From Camelus ferus (Eukaryota), in contig NC_045696.1 of NCBI RefSeq assembly GCF_009834535.1, forward strand, positions 5,086,001 through 5,150,000: DNA of 64,000 nt, given 5' to 3'. The notes beneath the pieces are model-generated. The model had not been told where the DNA came from. It did not search any database and worked only from the letters and a program-made list of their open reading frames with translations. Shown piece after piece: positions 42,901-56,455 of the stretch. Each line of letters begins with the position of its first letter. Position 1 is the stretch's first letter. Both the position numbers and the translations under genes were made by a program.

Positions 42901-44472
42901 TTTTAGCCAGTGTTTTTCAAAATGCTAGTGGAAAATCATCCGTAAGTCCTGGAATTAATTTCAGGCATTCTGGCCGGCATGTTAAAGCACTTAAATGGGG
43001 TAGAACGGAGCAGAGCCCAACAGTCTAGACTAGATTTGGGGAGAAAGGCAGAAAACAGCAGAACGCATCACACACAGTAAGAGTCCGACGTGCAGAGCTT
43101 TGCTCCCATCCCCCCCGACACATTGTGTGTGTAGCTTCTGGGAGTCACTGTCAAATGTGTTTCTTATGAGGGGAGGCGGCTGTTAAAAAGATAAAAGCCC
43201 CCAACTCTAGTTGGGTTTCCCTGATCACCCCGTTTTTCTGCAAGAACATTCTTCGTCATATGAAAGGGGTCTGAAGGGCTTGAAAGGGGAGCTGCCATCC
43301 TTCCATGCCAGAAGTCCAGTGCTGCCGGACCAGGATGTTTTTGTCATTGTGACAGAAAGTCAGAAATGTCACTGACTGATAAAGAGGCCTCTGGAATCCA
43401 GGGGGGCACCTGTGAGCCATCTCTGCCGAACGGGGAGAGCGTCGCCTGCCCCTGCAGTCAGGGGACCTCGCTTCTGACACTCGGGCCTGTTCTGTGGTAA
43501 CAGTTGCTGCACAAAACAGGCCCAGCGTCTGAGCCCCTGGCCCTTCCTCTTTCTCTCTATTCTAGCCTCCGGTGCTCAGATCAACAAAAGCAGGCGTTGT
43601 CTGGCAGATTCAATGATGAAGGAGACTTGTGTTCTAGAGCAGGATGACTTCCTGATGAGCTGGCTCTGGGAACCCCACCTCTCCTGGAGTTCCGGGGCTT
43701 TCCTGAGGAGTCTGTTCCTCATGCCCACTGGCCGACCTAAACCCTCAAGCCCTGCGTGGTGCAGGTGTCCCAGCGGGGGTCCCATCTTTGTGGGTCCAGA
43801 ATCAGCCTGGAGCCACCGTCCACCTGTGGTCTCCTTGTCTCTGCATCTTTGGGGGCTGCGCTGCTGGAGGGAGAGTCCCTGAAAGCAGCATCCCGGTGAG
43901 TGGCCAAGACCAGGCAGGTCGTCGCCTCTGGAGAGCTGTGTCTTCATGTCTCTGTCGGTTTCTGTGTCTCACTCAAGAAGCTGGCGCTAGGAATCTGTCA
44001 GTACGGGGTCCCCCAGTCCTCAAGGAGGTCCTGCTGACACGGGTCCATCCTGGGCTCTTTCCTCTCGCCTCCTGGGCCATCCTGCTGCCTAGGGACTGGG
44101 CCAGTGCCAGATGTCCCCAGCCAGTGCTCCCACTTGAGCATTCGAATCACTGTCCCAGGCCAACAGTGGTTCTCCAAGAGACACAGCTCTGGAAACGTTT
44201 GTTTTTCTTGGCGTCTGTGCCGAAGATCAAGTTGCTATATTAGTTGGGAAAGTCCCACAAAATTGATAAATAGAAGTTGTTCCAGTTTTACTTCTTCCTG
44301 TCTTGGGGCGTTATGCTTTGTTTCATCTATTCTCTCCAATATTAAAAATACATTGTAATGTGCAGTTCGGGGGTGTTGAGATAAATTGCTTAATAAAGTG
44401 CTTTGAAAAATCATCGGGCTCATAGAGAGCACGGTGTGGAGCTGCCGGGCTCGTGAAGTCCCATATATTTAA

Positions 44473-44838
<366 letters not shown>

Positions 44839-46197
44839 TAACCAGTAACCCAATGTGCGCCCTCGGTGAAGCTCTAAGAGCGGGCGGCAGGCCTGCTGTG
44901 CTGGGCCCCGTGGTCTCCTTCACGTTTGCACTGGCGAAAAGCTCCAGGAACACAGCCCACTCTTCTGAGATGGAGCGAGGTGGGGAGGCGACAGTGGGGG
45001 AGAAGTCTTGACTTTAGCACTAAAGGGATCCATCTATTCTGTCAGTTCTCTAAAAATTCAGAGCTTTAAATTCATAGCAGAGCGCCCCCGAGGAACATAG
45101 TCTAACCAGTCCAGTAATGTCCGGGGAGGTTTGCTGTGCTTATCACGAAAATCCCCAAACATCTGAGATGGACGTACCCAAGGTTACACACAACTTAGCT
45201 GTTATCTGCCTCTCTGAGATAATGGGCCAACTAACCTAACTCAGATGCTCTTGAGAAACGGCTTTAGGAATGGAATACATTAGGACTTAGTGGAAGTAAA
45301 ATCTGGTCTTCATGCTCGTAGAAATTACTAAAATAATAGCAATCGTGATGGAAGGGAGACAGTGGGTGAGATGTACCCTGCCTGGGTGACTTTTTAAATA
45401 AAGTTCTTTATCTCTATTCAGAAGATGAAATTAAGATATAAACAAAGGGCTGAGAAGTCACTGATGGGCATAGAGATTCAATAGCAAATGGATTCAGAAG
45501 TTCCTAGTTTCAAACAAGAGTGCTTAAAAGGCATAAACTCCTGAAATAATGGTCTTGGTCCAGGGACCACTTTCTCATCTCTCTTCAAGTTAGTTAATCC
45601 AGAGGAAATAAGCAAGCTCTCAAGGTCAAGTGGCCTTCCGTGGGACGTGGGGGTGGCCCCAGGTGACTGGACCGTCCCCACCACTGCCAAGGCTGTGATG
45701 TCACCAAGGGGACTCTTTATAGGAGGGTCAACTCATCACCCTCTCAACACAGCCGGCTCGCTTCTTATACCAGAATCATTAGCAACTATAACTCTAAGTG
45801 ACTCTACAAGCGATCCCCAGATTTAGTTGTCCCCAGGTGATTTGGTCAAAATGGCACTTCTGCTCACAGAAGGAATTCCCAAAGAGCGGACACCCCCGGT
45901 GCCTACCTGGGGGAGGAGAGAGGGGCCCACTGGGATTTGACAAGCACTGACCCATGTCCGGGGCTGAAATCCAGGCCCCACCACACAGACCTCACCTCAA
46001 CACAGCGTTTATTGCGTTTATTTCAAAGACCAGAACTCAGCTCTGTGACTGTTTCCTTCGTATAATCATAGTTTAGCTCTCACTCAGCGTAACCCTCCAA
46101 ACATGTTGCTTGCTTCCGAGACAGTGTTGGTGCTTGTCCCCAGCCTTAGCCAACTTGGATTGTAATTTCTTTAATCTGCGCCTTCTTCTTCCTGTGA

Positions 46198-46389
<192 letters not shown>

Positions 46390-47902
46390 TAATACTTTTG
46401 GTGGGCGCGCCTGTGTGTGGAGAGTGCATGTGAGCGAACTGCAGAATCAGCCTTTGTGAAGGGCTAGCCGGCGCCTTTACGTCACAAGACCATAGATGTT
46501 CACTTGGGGGGGTGGTGTGAGTCACCAAATCAGAGTAAATTAAAAGCATTCATATTCCCAGAGATGACACAGTTTACAACTTTTCCTGTTGACAGCCTAC
46601 TCTCAGTTTTCTTTATGTGTACGTTGCTGAAAAAGTCCTCCTTAGTAACATCTGCTGATTGCAGTTTTACTCCATGTGTGTCCAAGTGTAATCCAGGAAA
46701 ACACCAACAGGAAATAAGGCTGCCCTGCAGTGGTTTGTCTGCTAATCAACTGAATTATTATATACAATACATGCAAAAAGGACACCAGCCGAAACTCTCT
46801 GTTGCATTAATATGTAACTGTGTGTTGAATACAGTGTAGGCTGCTTGATATCACACACCAGAAGTGCATGACAAGTTGAAGATCATCAGATTAAGATCGT
46901 GTCTAAAATCCCACGTGGCCACTGATTGGGTTCAGATTTGCCTGCACAGTGATATTGTATCAGTAGAAAAAAATCGAAGTGTGTACTTCTTTGGATTTCA
47001 GTGTCATCACATTAATAAATCACAGAAAGTAAAAATAAAATCATCGCAGTCAGTGGGAGGGGAGGGCAGGAGAAGAATTACATTTTTTAAATAATGCGAA
47101 ATTGATCTGGAATTTCAAGTACCTTCAAGTCAGGAGAATTCCAGGGCATTTTAGAAGACAGACACTATATTAAGAGATGGATCCATTTTTCATGGCTTTT
47201 GGTTAATATATCAAGCTTCTCTTGGAGAAAAAGAGAAGGACATTTTATGGGAAACTTTCTACATAATTTGGATAACCTAGTCCTAAATTTCTTCAGTGTT
47301 TCTGTCCACAGACCTAATCCAAAATATTACTGAGCCCATTGATTAGAAGTGTGTGTTCTTCAGACCTTGCTTGGCAGTTCAAGTTCACATGCTGCCACTC
47401 AGTGACGTGCGCGCCTTTGATTTCGGAGCTGTGTGTGTGAGTGTGTGTGAGTGTGTGTTGCATCTTGGGGAGCAGCTAAAATAGTGGGGGTTTTTGCAGT
47501 TTTCTTCCCACTAGCCACATTTCCCTCCCCCGCTCATACCGCTGAGAACAGAACAGCTCAGTGGAAGCCACTGGTCTTACTCACTTGAATCATGGCTGAA
47601 ATTCAGACTAAAATACTGCATGGATCCTTAGTAAGTTCACAGAAGATTTCAATTCGTGATGAGGCACTCAGAAATTCAAGGAGTCGGTGAGGAAAATGAG
47701 GAAATAACTCCAAGTGGAAATGTGGCTGAGTTCTCTTTAAGTGATAGATTCAGTCTGTTCTGTCTCTTTAGCCCAGAATATCAGTGAAACAGACATTTTG
47801 ACAGAAGTGAATTGCGTATTTTGTCAACCCGAAACACTTACTTAATAAATGGCTGTTAAAAATCATTGAGTAAACGACTGTGAGAGAAGACTGAAGATGT
47901 GA

Positions 47903-48052
<150 letters not shown>

Positions 48053-50511
48053 TAGTTGCCCACAGTGGTTGATTAATTGTCATTATCCACAGGCTGATTA
48101 GTGTCACATCTTTATCAAATAATTGTTATGTGTCAATTTATCTCTCCCTCCAAAAAAACGCATCATACAATTCATTCTTCCATTACCTAGACAAAAAAAA
48201 TCTATTTTTCTAGTATTTGTTGAAACTCATCATTCATCCAAGGAAGTCCATCCACAGAATGAGTATCAAACATCCAAACTAAGTGAAATATTAACAAATA
48301 TGAAAAAGAAAGAAAAAACAAATGTGGTGCTCTCTCCCACCGAGATCTACGTTGTGTGTCTTCCTCGTGTTGTCAGCGCTGTATCCTCCGTTCATGTCCG
48401 CAACCCTTCCCTCCAGCGACCAAAGCTACTGTTCTGACCACAGAGTCCCGAAAGATGGGAAATGGTCTGTTTGCACAAATCTTTCTCAGTTAGTGCAGGG
48501 CGGAAAAGAATAAAGGAAGTTTGTACTGAAGGGCCGAGATGGCGTGATGACCCCGGCCTCAGCGGCGTCGGGAGGGTGTTCTGAGCAGGTTGTAGACCAC
48601 GGCGGGGGAGAGGCTCCAGAGGAGACTGAGGGGGCCCAGGATGAAGGAGCTGAGTGACGGAAGAGGTCCGAGAGCAGGTGGGGGGAGGACGGCGGCTTGG
48701 ATTTCCACAGGACATCCTTTCTTCTGACAGAGGAAGGCGAGAGGACAGCTGGAGATACAGGAGTGTTCCTGGGTGAGGCCAGCGGTGTCTGGAGCAGCCC
48801 CTCCCAGCTCGTGGGGTCAAAGCTGCCCCTCTTCCCAGCTTTGCTCTCAGTGACCTCGGCCCGGCTGGGGGTGTTTCCACACCGCCGGAAATCAGAAATG
48901 CTCGCCATTGGGGCTCTTTTTTTTTTCCCTCAAGAGCCAGTTGTTAAACACTGATTAGCATTCCACTGGGCAAAGGGGAGGATCTTTCCTTTTCTTAGGA
49001 AAATAAAAGGTGAGATTTTTTTTTTTTAAATAGTAGATTGACTAGGGGTGAGGGTGTGCTGGTGGGTTTGGGGAGCGTGGGGAAGATTTACAACAGCTGC
49101 TGTGGGAAACGCACGGGGAGTCGTTAGTAGATGAACAAAGCTTTGCCAGGCAGGAGCCGGGCCCCAGCTGCAGATAAACAGCAAGTTGTAGTGGCCCCAG
49201 TTATCACCATTTAATGACATTCTCCAGTGATGCTGGATGGCTGGGCAGACAGATGGACTGCAGGTGACCAAAGCTGGTGACTGGCAGGGTGAGTGCAGCA
49301 GGCTCAAGAGTGAGTGAAAGCAGGCTCCTTATTGAGGTGGCCTGCCAAGGGCTCTAGGCTGGCTGGAGGACCTTCTTCTGAAAGAAGCAAAGTGGGGCAC
49401 CGAGGGGACAGTTCAAGGGGCCCTCACACTCGAGGCCCCGGTGAAGTGAAGGCTGGTTCTGTAAGTGGGAGGTGACAGGGGAGGTCGTACTGGAACGGCT
49501 GGGAGTGGACGGGCTTAGAGATGAAGCCAGCTTTAGTAACAGTCTCCAGGCAACATCAACCAGCAATCCTTGGAACCCAGTGATGGCGAAAGCCGTTGGC
49601 ATAGAAGTTCCCATCGCCAAGGGTTAGAAAAGCTTCCTAGACGTGGTTTAGATGGAGGAAGTTAGAAGGAAAGCCCAGTCCCCATGAAGCGTAGGGCACC
49701 GAGGAGGTGGCGAAGTCCGGCTGTGTCCGTGGGAGCTGGGCCCTGATCCATCACTCACCTGTCCGGGGCTGAAGGAGCTGCCAGGAGTGCAGATCGGGGA
49801 CGGGGAAGGGGAGACGAGGCCCAGGCAGGCAGGGGGACCACCCCTACCCCGGCCCAGGCTGCAGAGGGCCGGAAAGAGAAGGAGGAAGCCCGGGGGAGGG
49901 TGCTGAGGGAGAAGGAGCCAGAGGTGGGTGAGCTCCATGTGAGAGGCGTGGAAGCCACTCAGTGCTGCCCACTGGCGCGAGGAGCCTCTGGAGCGCAGAG
50001 GTGAGAAGCGCTTTCTTCGCTGTGTTAGCCATGGAACTCGTGGGCAGGATGGAAGACACTTGTCCGTTGGTGTGGGGGCATCGTGCATCAGGCTGGCTAG
50101 GCCTGGGCTGCTGGGTGTGAACCTTTAGGAGACAGGGACAGAGCCGACAGCGTATGTTTGCCCCCAGGAAGGTGGTTAGGATGGCAGGGACGAAGGCTGT
50201 AACAAGGAGAGATGTCAGCCGTCACAGCGTTCAGGAGGGCAGGCTTCAGATTCTCGTGGTGGGATTCGAATCTTGCTTATAAGACTCTAGAGGTCGCCTA
50301 AACTCTTTGGACCTCAGTGTCTTTATCAGCACAGGGGAGGTAAAAATTCCTATGTCACAGGGTCACGTCAGGTAATATGAGTAACAGACTGCAGACATGC
50401 TTGATGCTTCATGGTTGCAGACGGGGTGGGGTGGTTGAGGATATCCCTGCCCCCGTTGATAACTTACTCGTTTTCCAGAGCGTTGGTTCTCTTAAAAATA
50501 ACTCAGCTTCA

Positions 50512-50667
50512 AGGGGGGAGGGTACAGCTCAGGGGTAGAGCTCGTGCTTGGCACGCACGAGGTCCTGGGTTCCATCCCCAGTGCCTCCATTAAATAATAA
50601 ATAAATAAATAAATAAACCTGATTATCTCCCCACTCCAGAATAAAAACAAAACACAAAGGAAAAAAT
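50512..50667 (+). mobile_element. tRNA-derived SINE (camelid-type), copy 2, with 13-bp TSD
   Basis: GGGGGAGGGTACAGCTCAGGGGTAGAG..GAGGTCCTGGGTTCCATCCCCAGTGCCTCC, (AAAT)n and tail. TSD TAACTCAGCTTCA at 50499-50511 and 50668-50680, preceded by an L1-endonuclease-type TT/AAAA. Confidence 0.92.
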
Positions 50668-51016
50668 TAACTCAGCTTCAGAGCACGCCCACGCCCCAGG
50701 ATTCGGGCACACGTTTTCTGAAGGTCAGATGTTTGGAGATGGAGTCTCCACTCCCCACTGCCCACTTACACCTTTAAAGGGGAAGGGGCAGGAAGGGGCT
50801 TTGTCCTCGTGGCACTGTCCAGCAGCACCGCCCCCGTCTGGTGAGGTCTCAGTACCTCACCCTCGGTACAGCGTCACAGTGCTTCTCCCGGCCTAGGGGG
50901 AGCTTCCTGGAATCGCGAAGAGCAGGGACGTTCTCTCCCAAAGACGGGAGGTGCTGGGAACTCATCCCGGACGGAAACCTAATCGTGCTCTTCCGAACGT
51001 GTCTTGTCTTCTGAAG

Positions 51017-51205
51017 GATACATACTGCAGTATTCTGAAGACAACAGTGAGCAGTGGGGGAGCTTTCCAATCAGCCCAAGCGAACGCTCTTACCGCCTGG
51101 AAAACCTGAAATGTGGTACTTGGTACAAGTTCACTCTGACTGCGCAAAATGGAGTGGGCCCCGGCCGCATCAGTGAGATCATCGAAGCGAAGACATTAGG
51201 AAAAG
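51017..51205 (+). CDS. DSCAM: DSCAM coding exon (~exon 25), rest of FN3 repeat 5; 189 nt, phase 1->1
   Basis: tcttctgaag|GATAC...AAAG|gtgggt. Encodes (G)[62 protein letters not shown]. Confidence 0.97.
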
Positions 51206-52296
51206 GTGGGTCGGCCTTCTTTTGTTTCTATATTCCCTCCATTTTCCAAACCAAAGAGGAGATTGAAATCACAAGAGATGCATCATGTATTTGCATGTTT
51301 GTGAGTTTTGCACTTTTTTTTTCTCCAAATGGGTTTGGCAGTGTTACAGCGCACTGAGAGAGATGGACGGTCCCTACAGAATATTCTGGTTCTCCTTTTT
51401 CATTTGAAAAGCGAGGGCTTTGGTGTCAACATTAAAGGTCCCAGGCTGAGCAGCCATGAAATGTGACCTTTGCCCTCTCACTGTGTTCTGGTGTGACCTT
51501 CTCCCTTGGTAACCCCATGCCCCCATCTATAATATTCACATTGCCCCCTAGGCTCCGCTTTCCAGATGGGAAGTCACTGTGGTAGGTTGTTAACCTTTAA
51601 CATGAGTTGGTTTTCTTCCCTGAAACGTGCACCTTCAGGGAGGTGACCATTGCCCTTTCGGGGGGCAGTGATGTTTGGCAGTGAAATTTGCAGCCCGGAA
51701 ACCCCAGGAGGGAGGGAGGCAGCTGCACGTGAGTGTCAGTGAGGAGGCCAAGGGCGTCTTTGTAGGTTTCCTCTCCTCTGAACTTACCCACCACCGAGTG
51801 GCCCGGACGGCAGGAGAGCGGGAGATGAGGGTGTTATTTTAGTTATAAACTAGCACCTGAGTTTTGGATAACACGTAACAGGGTTCAGGTGATGAGGGAC
51901 AGATGTAGCGGAAATACACCCACTGGATCCTCGGGCTCCAGCGTGAAGCTCTGGGATGGGAAGGAGGCCTGCGGGTACTTCCCAAGTCCCACTCCGTCTT
52001 CTCTGAAGCCAGGTCCACGGCAGGACATGGGGCTGCCCAGCACACCGCAGTGCTTCCTCTGAAACCACTCGAGGAAACGCACACGTGGGAATAGCGCTGT
52101 TCTTCAGGGAACTCTCAGATTCACAAGAATCTCCTCCACCCATCCAGCGCTCCCTTTCACACCCAGGTTATTATGGTTGGAGACAGCCCAGCCCTTTGGT
52201 CCACAACATCCCTAGAAATAGTGGACAAGTAGCAGGTGATCTGTGAGCCCCCCGCCTGGCAGACAGCTGCCCCAGGGAGACGTGGGGTGACCTTGA

Positions 52297-52704
<408 letters not shown>

Positions 52705-53092
52705 TAGGCTTCGGGCCATTCAGCTGGCCCCTCCAGGGCTCCCCAGCCCCTGCTCCCACGTGACCCCAGCTGCGTCCCAGGAAGGGGGCTGAGGGCCTGC
52801 GGGAATCTCCTTAGGGAGTCTTGGTGCAGGAGTGACTTCTCTCCGGGCTGAAGGCTTCTCTACCATGTGGTTGCGCGCCGGGTCCACGACCCTGAGCTAA
52901 CCTTACTTTTGTTGTCTCCCTCCCCTCCCCCCACCCCATCCCAACCCACATAACAACTTTCTTTTCTGCGCTCATTTAGCCCTTAAACTGCATGTGCAAA
53001 ACCAGTTTTCCATGGTAAAGGGGCTTGTGTTAGTCTCCGAGCAGAAATAGAGGCCCTGTTGGAAATAGGGTAAAGTCATAGGGTGGCAGTGG

Positions 53093-53170
53093 GCACACGC
53101 ACACACACGCACGCACACGTGCAAACATGCACACGCGAGCACACATATACACGCACACTCGCGTGCACAC
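53093..53170. repeat. Alternating purine-pyrimidine (CA/CG) repeat
   Basis: cacacgcacacacacgcacgcacacgtgc... seen directly. Confidence 0.8.
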
Positions 53171-55892
53171 AGGCGGTTTGCATGGGCCTTCTGAAAATCA
53201 GGTGAGGTGTCTCGTGACATTTAGTTAACTGAAAATAAGTGACACAGATTTTTAGCCTTTTTTTCCTACGGCTGCTATCAAGGACCATTTATTAATGTCT
53301 GAAAAATGCCAAGCCCAGTGAAGCTAAAAGGTGGGGTGCCCTTGACCACCACGTGGTGGGGAACGTGAGAAAGTCCTGCCCAGCAGCACCTCGCTGCAGA
53401 TCTCTGCAGCCTCGCCATGATCCTCACTCAGGAAAGGCAGAGGCTGACTAGGTGCTGTGACCACAGGGTACAACCGGCCTCAGTTCATCAGATTGGAGGT
53501 CCCCTCGGAGCCTCTGTCCCGTCCCCTCTGATCAGGTCGGACCAGGTGTTGGAAGACTTCCCCAGAAAGCCAGAACCTGAGCAAACTCCCCCATATCTGC
53601 TCACCGCTACACCTTCTCTGCTTATGTGCACTTGGGATTTAATTAAAGCTCCGGCAGGAACTTCCTTGAAATGCAGGTTATACTGTCCTAAGAAAAGAGT
53701 GTCCATAAAGCCAAGGACTCTCAGACACGACCCGAGGAAGCTCACGAGGTGGTGTGGACTCAGCTCCTCACTTGGCCGTTTTCTCCTGGCCTGGCCTGTT
53801 CTTCCCACCTGCACCCTGTGCAAACCCACCCCTGAATCTCTGCCCAAGGTTATCCCCTGACAAAGCCCGTCTCAGCCAGAGCCCAGGGTTGCCTCCAGCA
53901 TCTCAGGCCAGGCCCCATGAATGCAGGAAGGTTCTGAGGACGGAGCCCCCTCGTGCTGGTGACACCAGCCCCCCGCCCTGGCCCCTAAGGCGCGTCTGTC
54001 CCACAGTCCTGGGGCGGCCGGCCCAGCCCCTCCTCAGGAGTTTGCTCCCTGAGGGCCGCCCTCCCTAACCTTCCAGCCTCAGTCGCAAGTGACTTCATTC
54101 AGAGATGTCTCATAGCAGAGCGTCACCCACTGCAGAGCAGCGCAGCTAAATTACTTTCCACCCCAACGCAGTTTCATTCTTTGATCTTCCAACATAAAGG
54201 ACTTTGACACAGACCGAACATTTTATCTAGCATTGAAGGGCTCCCCAAAGTCCTTTGCTAACAGGGTCCACGTCTGGGCAGTAAGTACATTGCTCACTGC
54301 AGGCTATTGACTTCTGTTAACTGCCTCCGGAGCGTCGCACCCTGGCGCTCAGCTTCTCCGTAATCTGTGTGGTGCCGGTGCGTTCAGCTTCAAGGTGCAT
54401 GTCAGTGATATGTTCACGGCTAACTGTTTAATTAGAAACCGCTCATGTGCAAAATTTGAAACTGTCGTTCTGACTTACAAAGTGCGCTGCAGGGTTTAAA
54501 TATTTGTCTTCTAGAAAAAATGCTCTCACTTTACCCAAGATCATAGATTATAATCAGGAAAAAGTCCTGGGAGCTACACTGAAAATGTCCTGAAATCTGA
54601 AATGATTTTATTACCCTAAACATTAGAATACTTGGTTCTGTTTCCTTGAAAAATGTTAGATATTTCTTTGAACTAATTTTGTGGATGATATAGCTTTAAT
54701 ATCCCTTTTGTTACATCTGCCTGAAGAATTTTTTTTTTCCATTTTGGGAAAAACAAACATTGAGAATGAGCCTTGTACCTCTACCAGTCACATTTCAGAT
54801 TCTTCCATGTCTTTGACTCTTTCTTGCCCCATTTCCTTAGCCAAACGCTTCCACTTGTCCTGTGTAGGTCTTGGATTTGCAGACCCCCCCCTCGCCTGCG
54901 TCCCCTTACGTGCCTCTCACCTGGGTTCTGAGCATTTGCGGACTTGGGTTTCTAGTGAAAAACACTATGTGTAAAGTTGGAAGAATGTTCTTCTTGGCCT
55001 TAGCAGATGGCAGAGGGGCCTGGTGGTCTGTTGTCCCTGCTCTAGTCAGTAAATGAAGGGTACTAACCATTTTCCTCTGAAGGAAATTGCATTATTTTCC
55101 CTAAATCATGGAGAATACAGTGGGCGGGACCATCTTACATAATAGTGGGCCCCACACAAGCCCCGTGAAGAAAAGGATGCCTGTGTTTGTCTCTCCTCCA
55201 GCCTCTGTGCAGAAGGCAACTTAAAACAGCTTAGAGTTCAGTCTGCTTAGGTGTTTCCTTGTGATTCTGAATAATCTGAATTTCATGGCATTATATGGTC
55301 ATAAGTAGCTTGCTTTAGAGACCTGGATGGCTCCCCTTTGAAAAGTTGGCTTTGCTTTTATACCCTGAAATGAGAGTTTTAAAAGTAGATTTGGTGTCAC
55401 ACCTGTGATGAAAAAGCCAGGATTTTAAGCTCCTTTAAGCCAGCGTATCTGGTACAGCCTCCCCGCAGACTCCCTTCTGTCCACTTGCCAAACCTTTTGT
55501 CCCTGCTCTGATGTGCAGTTTTTCAAACTGCCTCTCCCAGTTGTGCTCTGGGTGACACTCAATTCCAGGCAAATGCGTGTGGCTTTTTTAAGCGCCCGGC
55601 CTGGACATCATGTTTTCCAGTGTCTGCACCCAGCAGTACGTTGCACAGTGAGGTCCCTTTCAAAGAAGTGGGCTTTGCCCTTGGTGTAGATCCTGGTCTT
55701 ATGTTCCAGAGAGCAAGTCTGAAGTAGGACAGACAGGAGACGAGTGAGCAAGGCAAGAAATTAGGGAGGACCCAGAGGAAGAGTCCCTCTCATCGCTCAT
55801 CACCGCGGACGCCCTCGGATCACACGGGCGTTCTTGTAACCCGCCATCCTGACGTCATTAACGGCCACCTAACATCATGACCCTGCTTTCAG

Positions 55893-56069
55893 GTACAATC
55901 CCCCCACTCATTAAGTCAGTTGTCCAAAGCGATGAAGGGCTGACGACCAACGAGGGGCTCAAGATGCTGGTGACCATCTCCTGTATCTTGGTGGGGGCCC
56001 TGCTGCTGTCCGTGCTTCTGCTGGTAGTTCGGAGAAGGAGGCGGGAGCAGAGGCTAAAGAGACTGAGAG
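55893..56069 (+). CDS. DSCAM: DSCAM coding exon (~exon 27), transmembrane helix and basic juxtamembrane/NLS segment; 177 nt, phase 1->1
   Basis: Branch-point-like CTAAC at 55869-55873. gctttcag|GTACA...AGAG|gtgagt encodes (S)[58 protein letters not shown]. Confidence 0.97.
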
Positions 56070-56296
56070 GTGAGTCCAGGCTCGCGCTGCCAGCTGGGAG
56101 GGTCCTAACCCCCAGCGGAATGACCTTCCTTCTCCAGGCCAGGCCCCCCCACTGCCTGCCCATGTGATGTGCCTTCAGCAGGACCGCAGAGGCTCATGGG
56201 CAATTCAGATCAATGCAGCTACTCAGAAACCGAGCGATAGTCCCCCTCTTTCAAGTCTTCTGCGTCCTAGCCGTCAGCAGGGCAGGCAGAGAGAAT

Positions 56297-56455
56297 TTTG
56301 CTTTGCTTTGTTTTGTTGGGGGGGGAGGTAATTGGTTTTACTTATTTATTAGTTTTTTTGTTTGTTTTTTGTTTAACGGAGGTACTGGGTATTGAACCTA
56401 TGACCTTGTGCATGCTAAGCATGTGCTCTACCACTGAGTGCTCTACCTGCCCCCC
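56297..56455 (-). mobile_element. tRNA-derived SINE (camelid-type), copy 3, antisense to DSCAM
   Basis: Reverse complement reads ..CTCAGTGGTAGAGCACATGCTTAGCATGCACAAGGTCATAGGTTCAATACCCAGTACCTCC..AAACCAATTACCTCCCCC. Confidence 0.9.
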
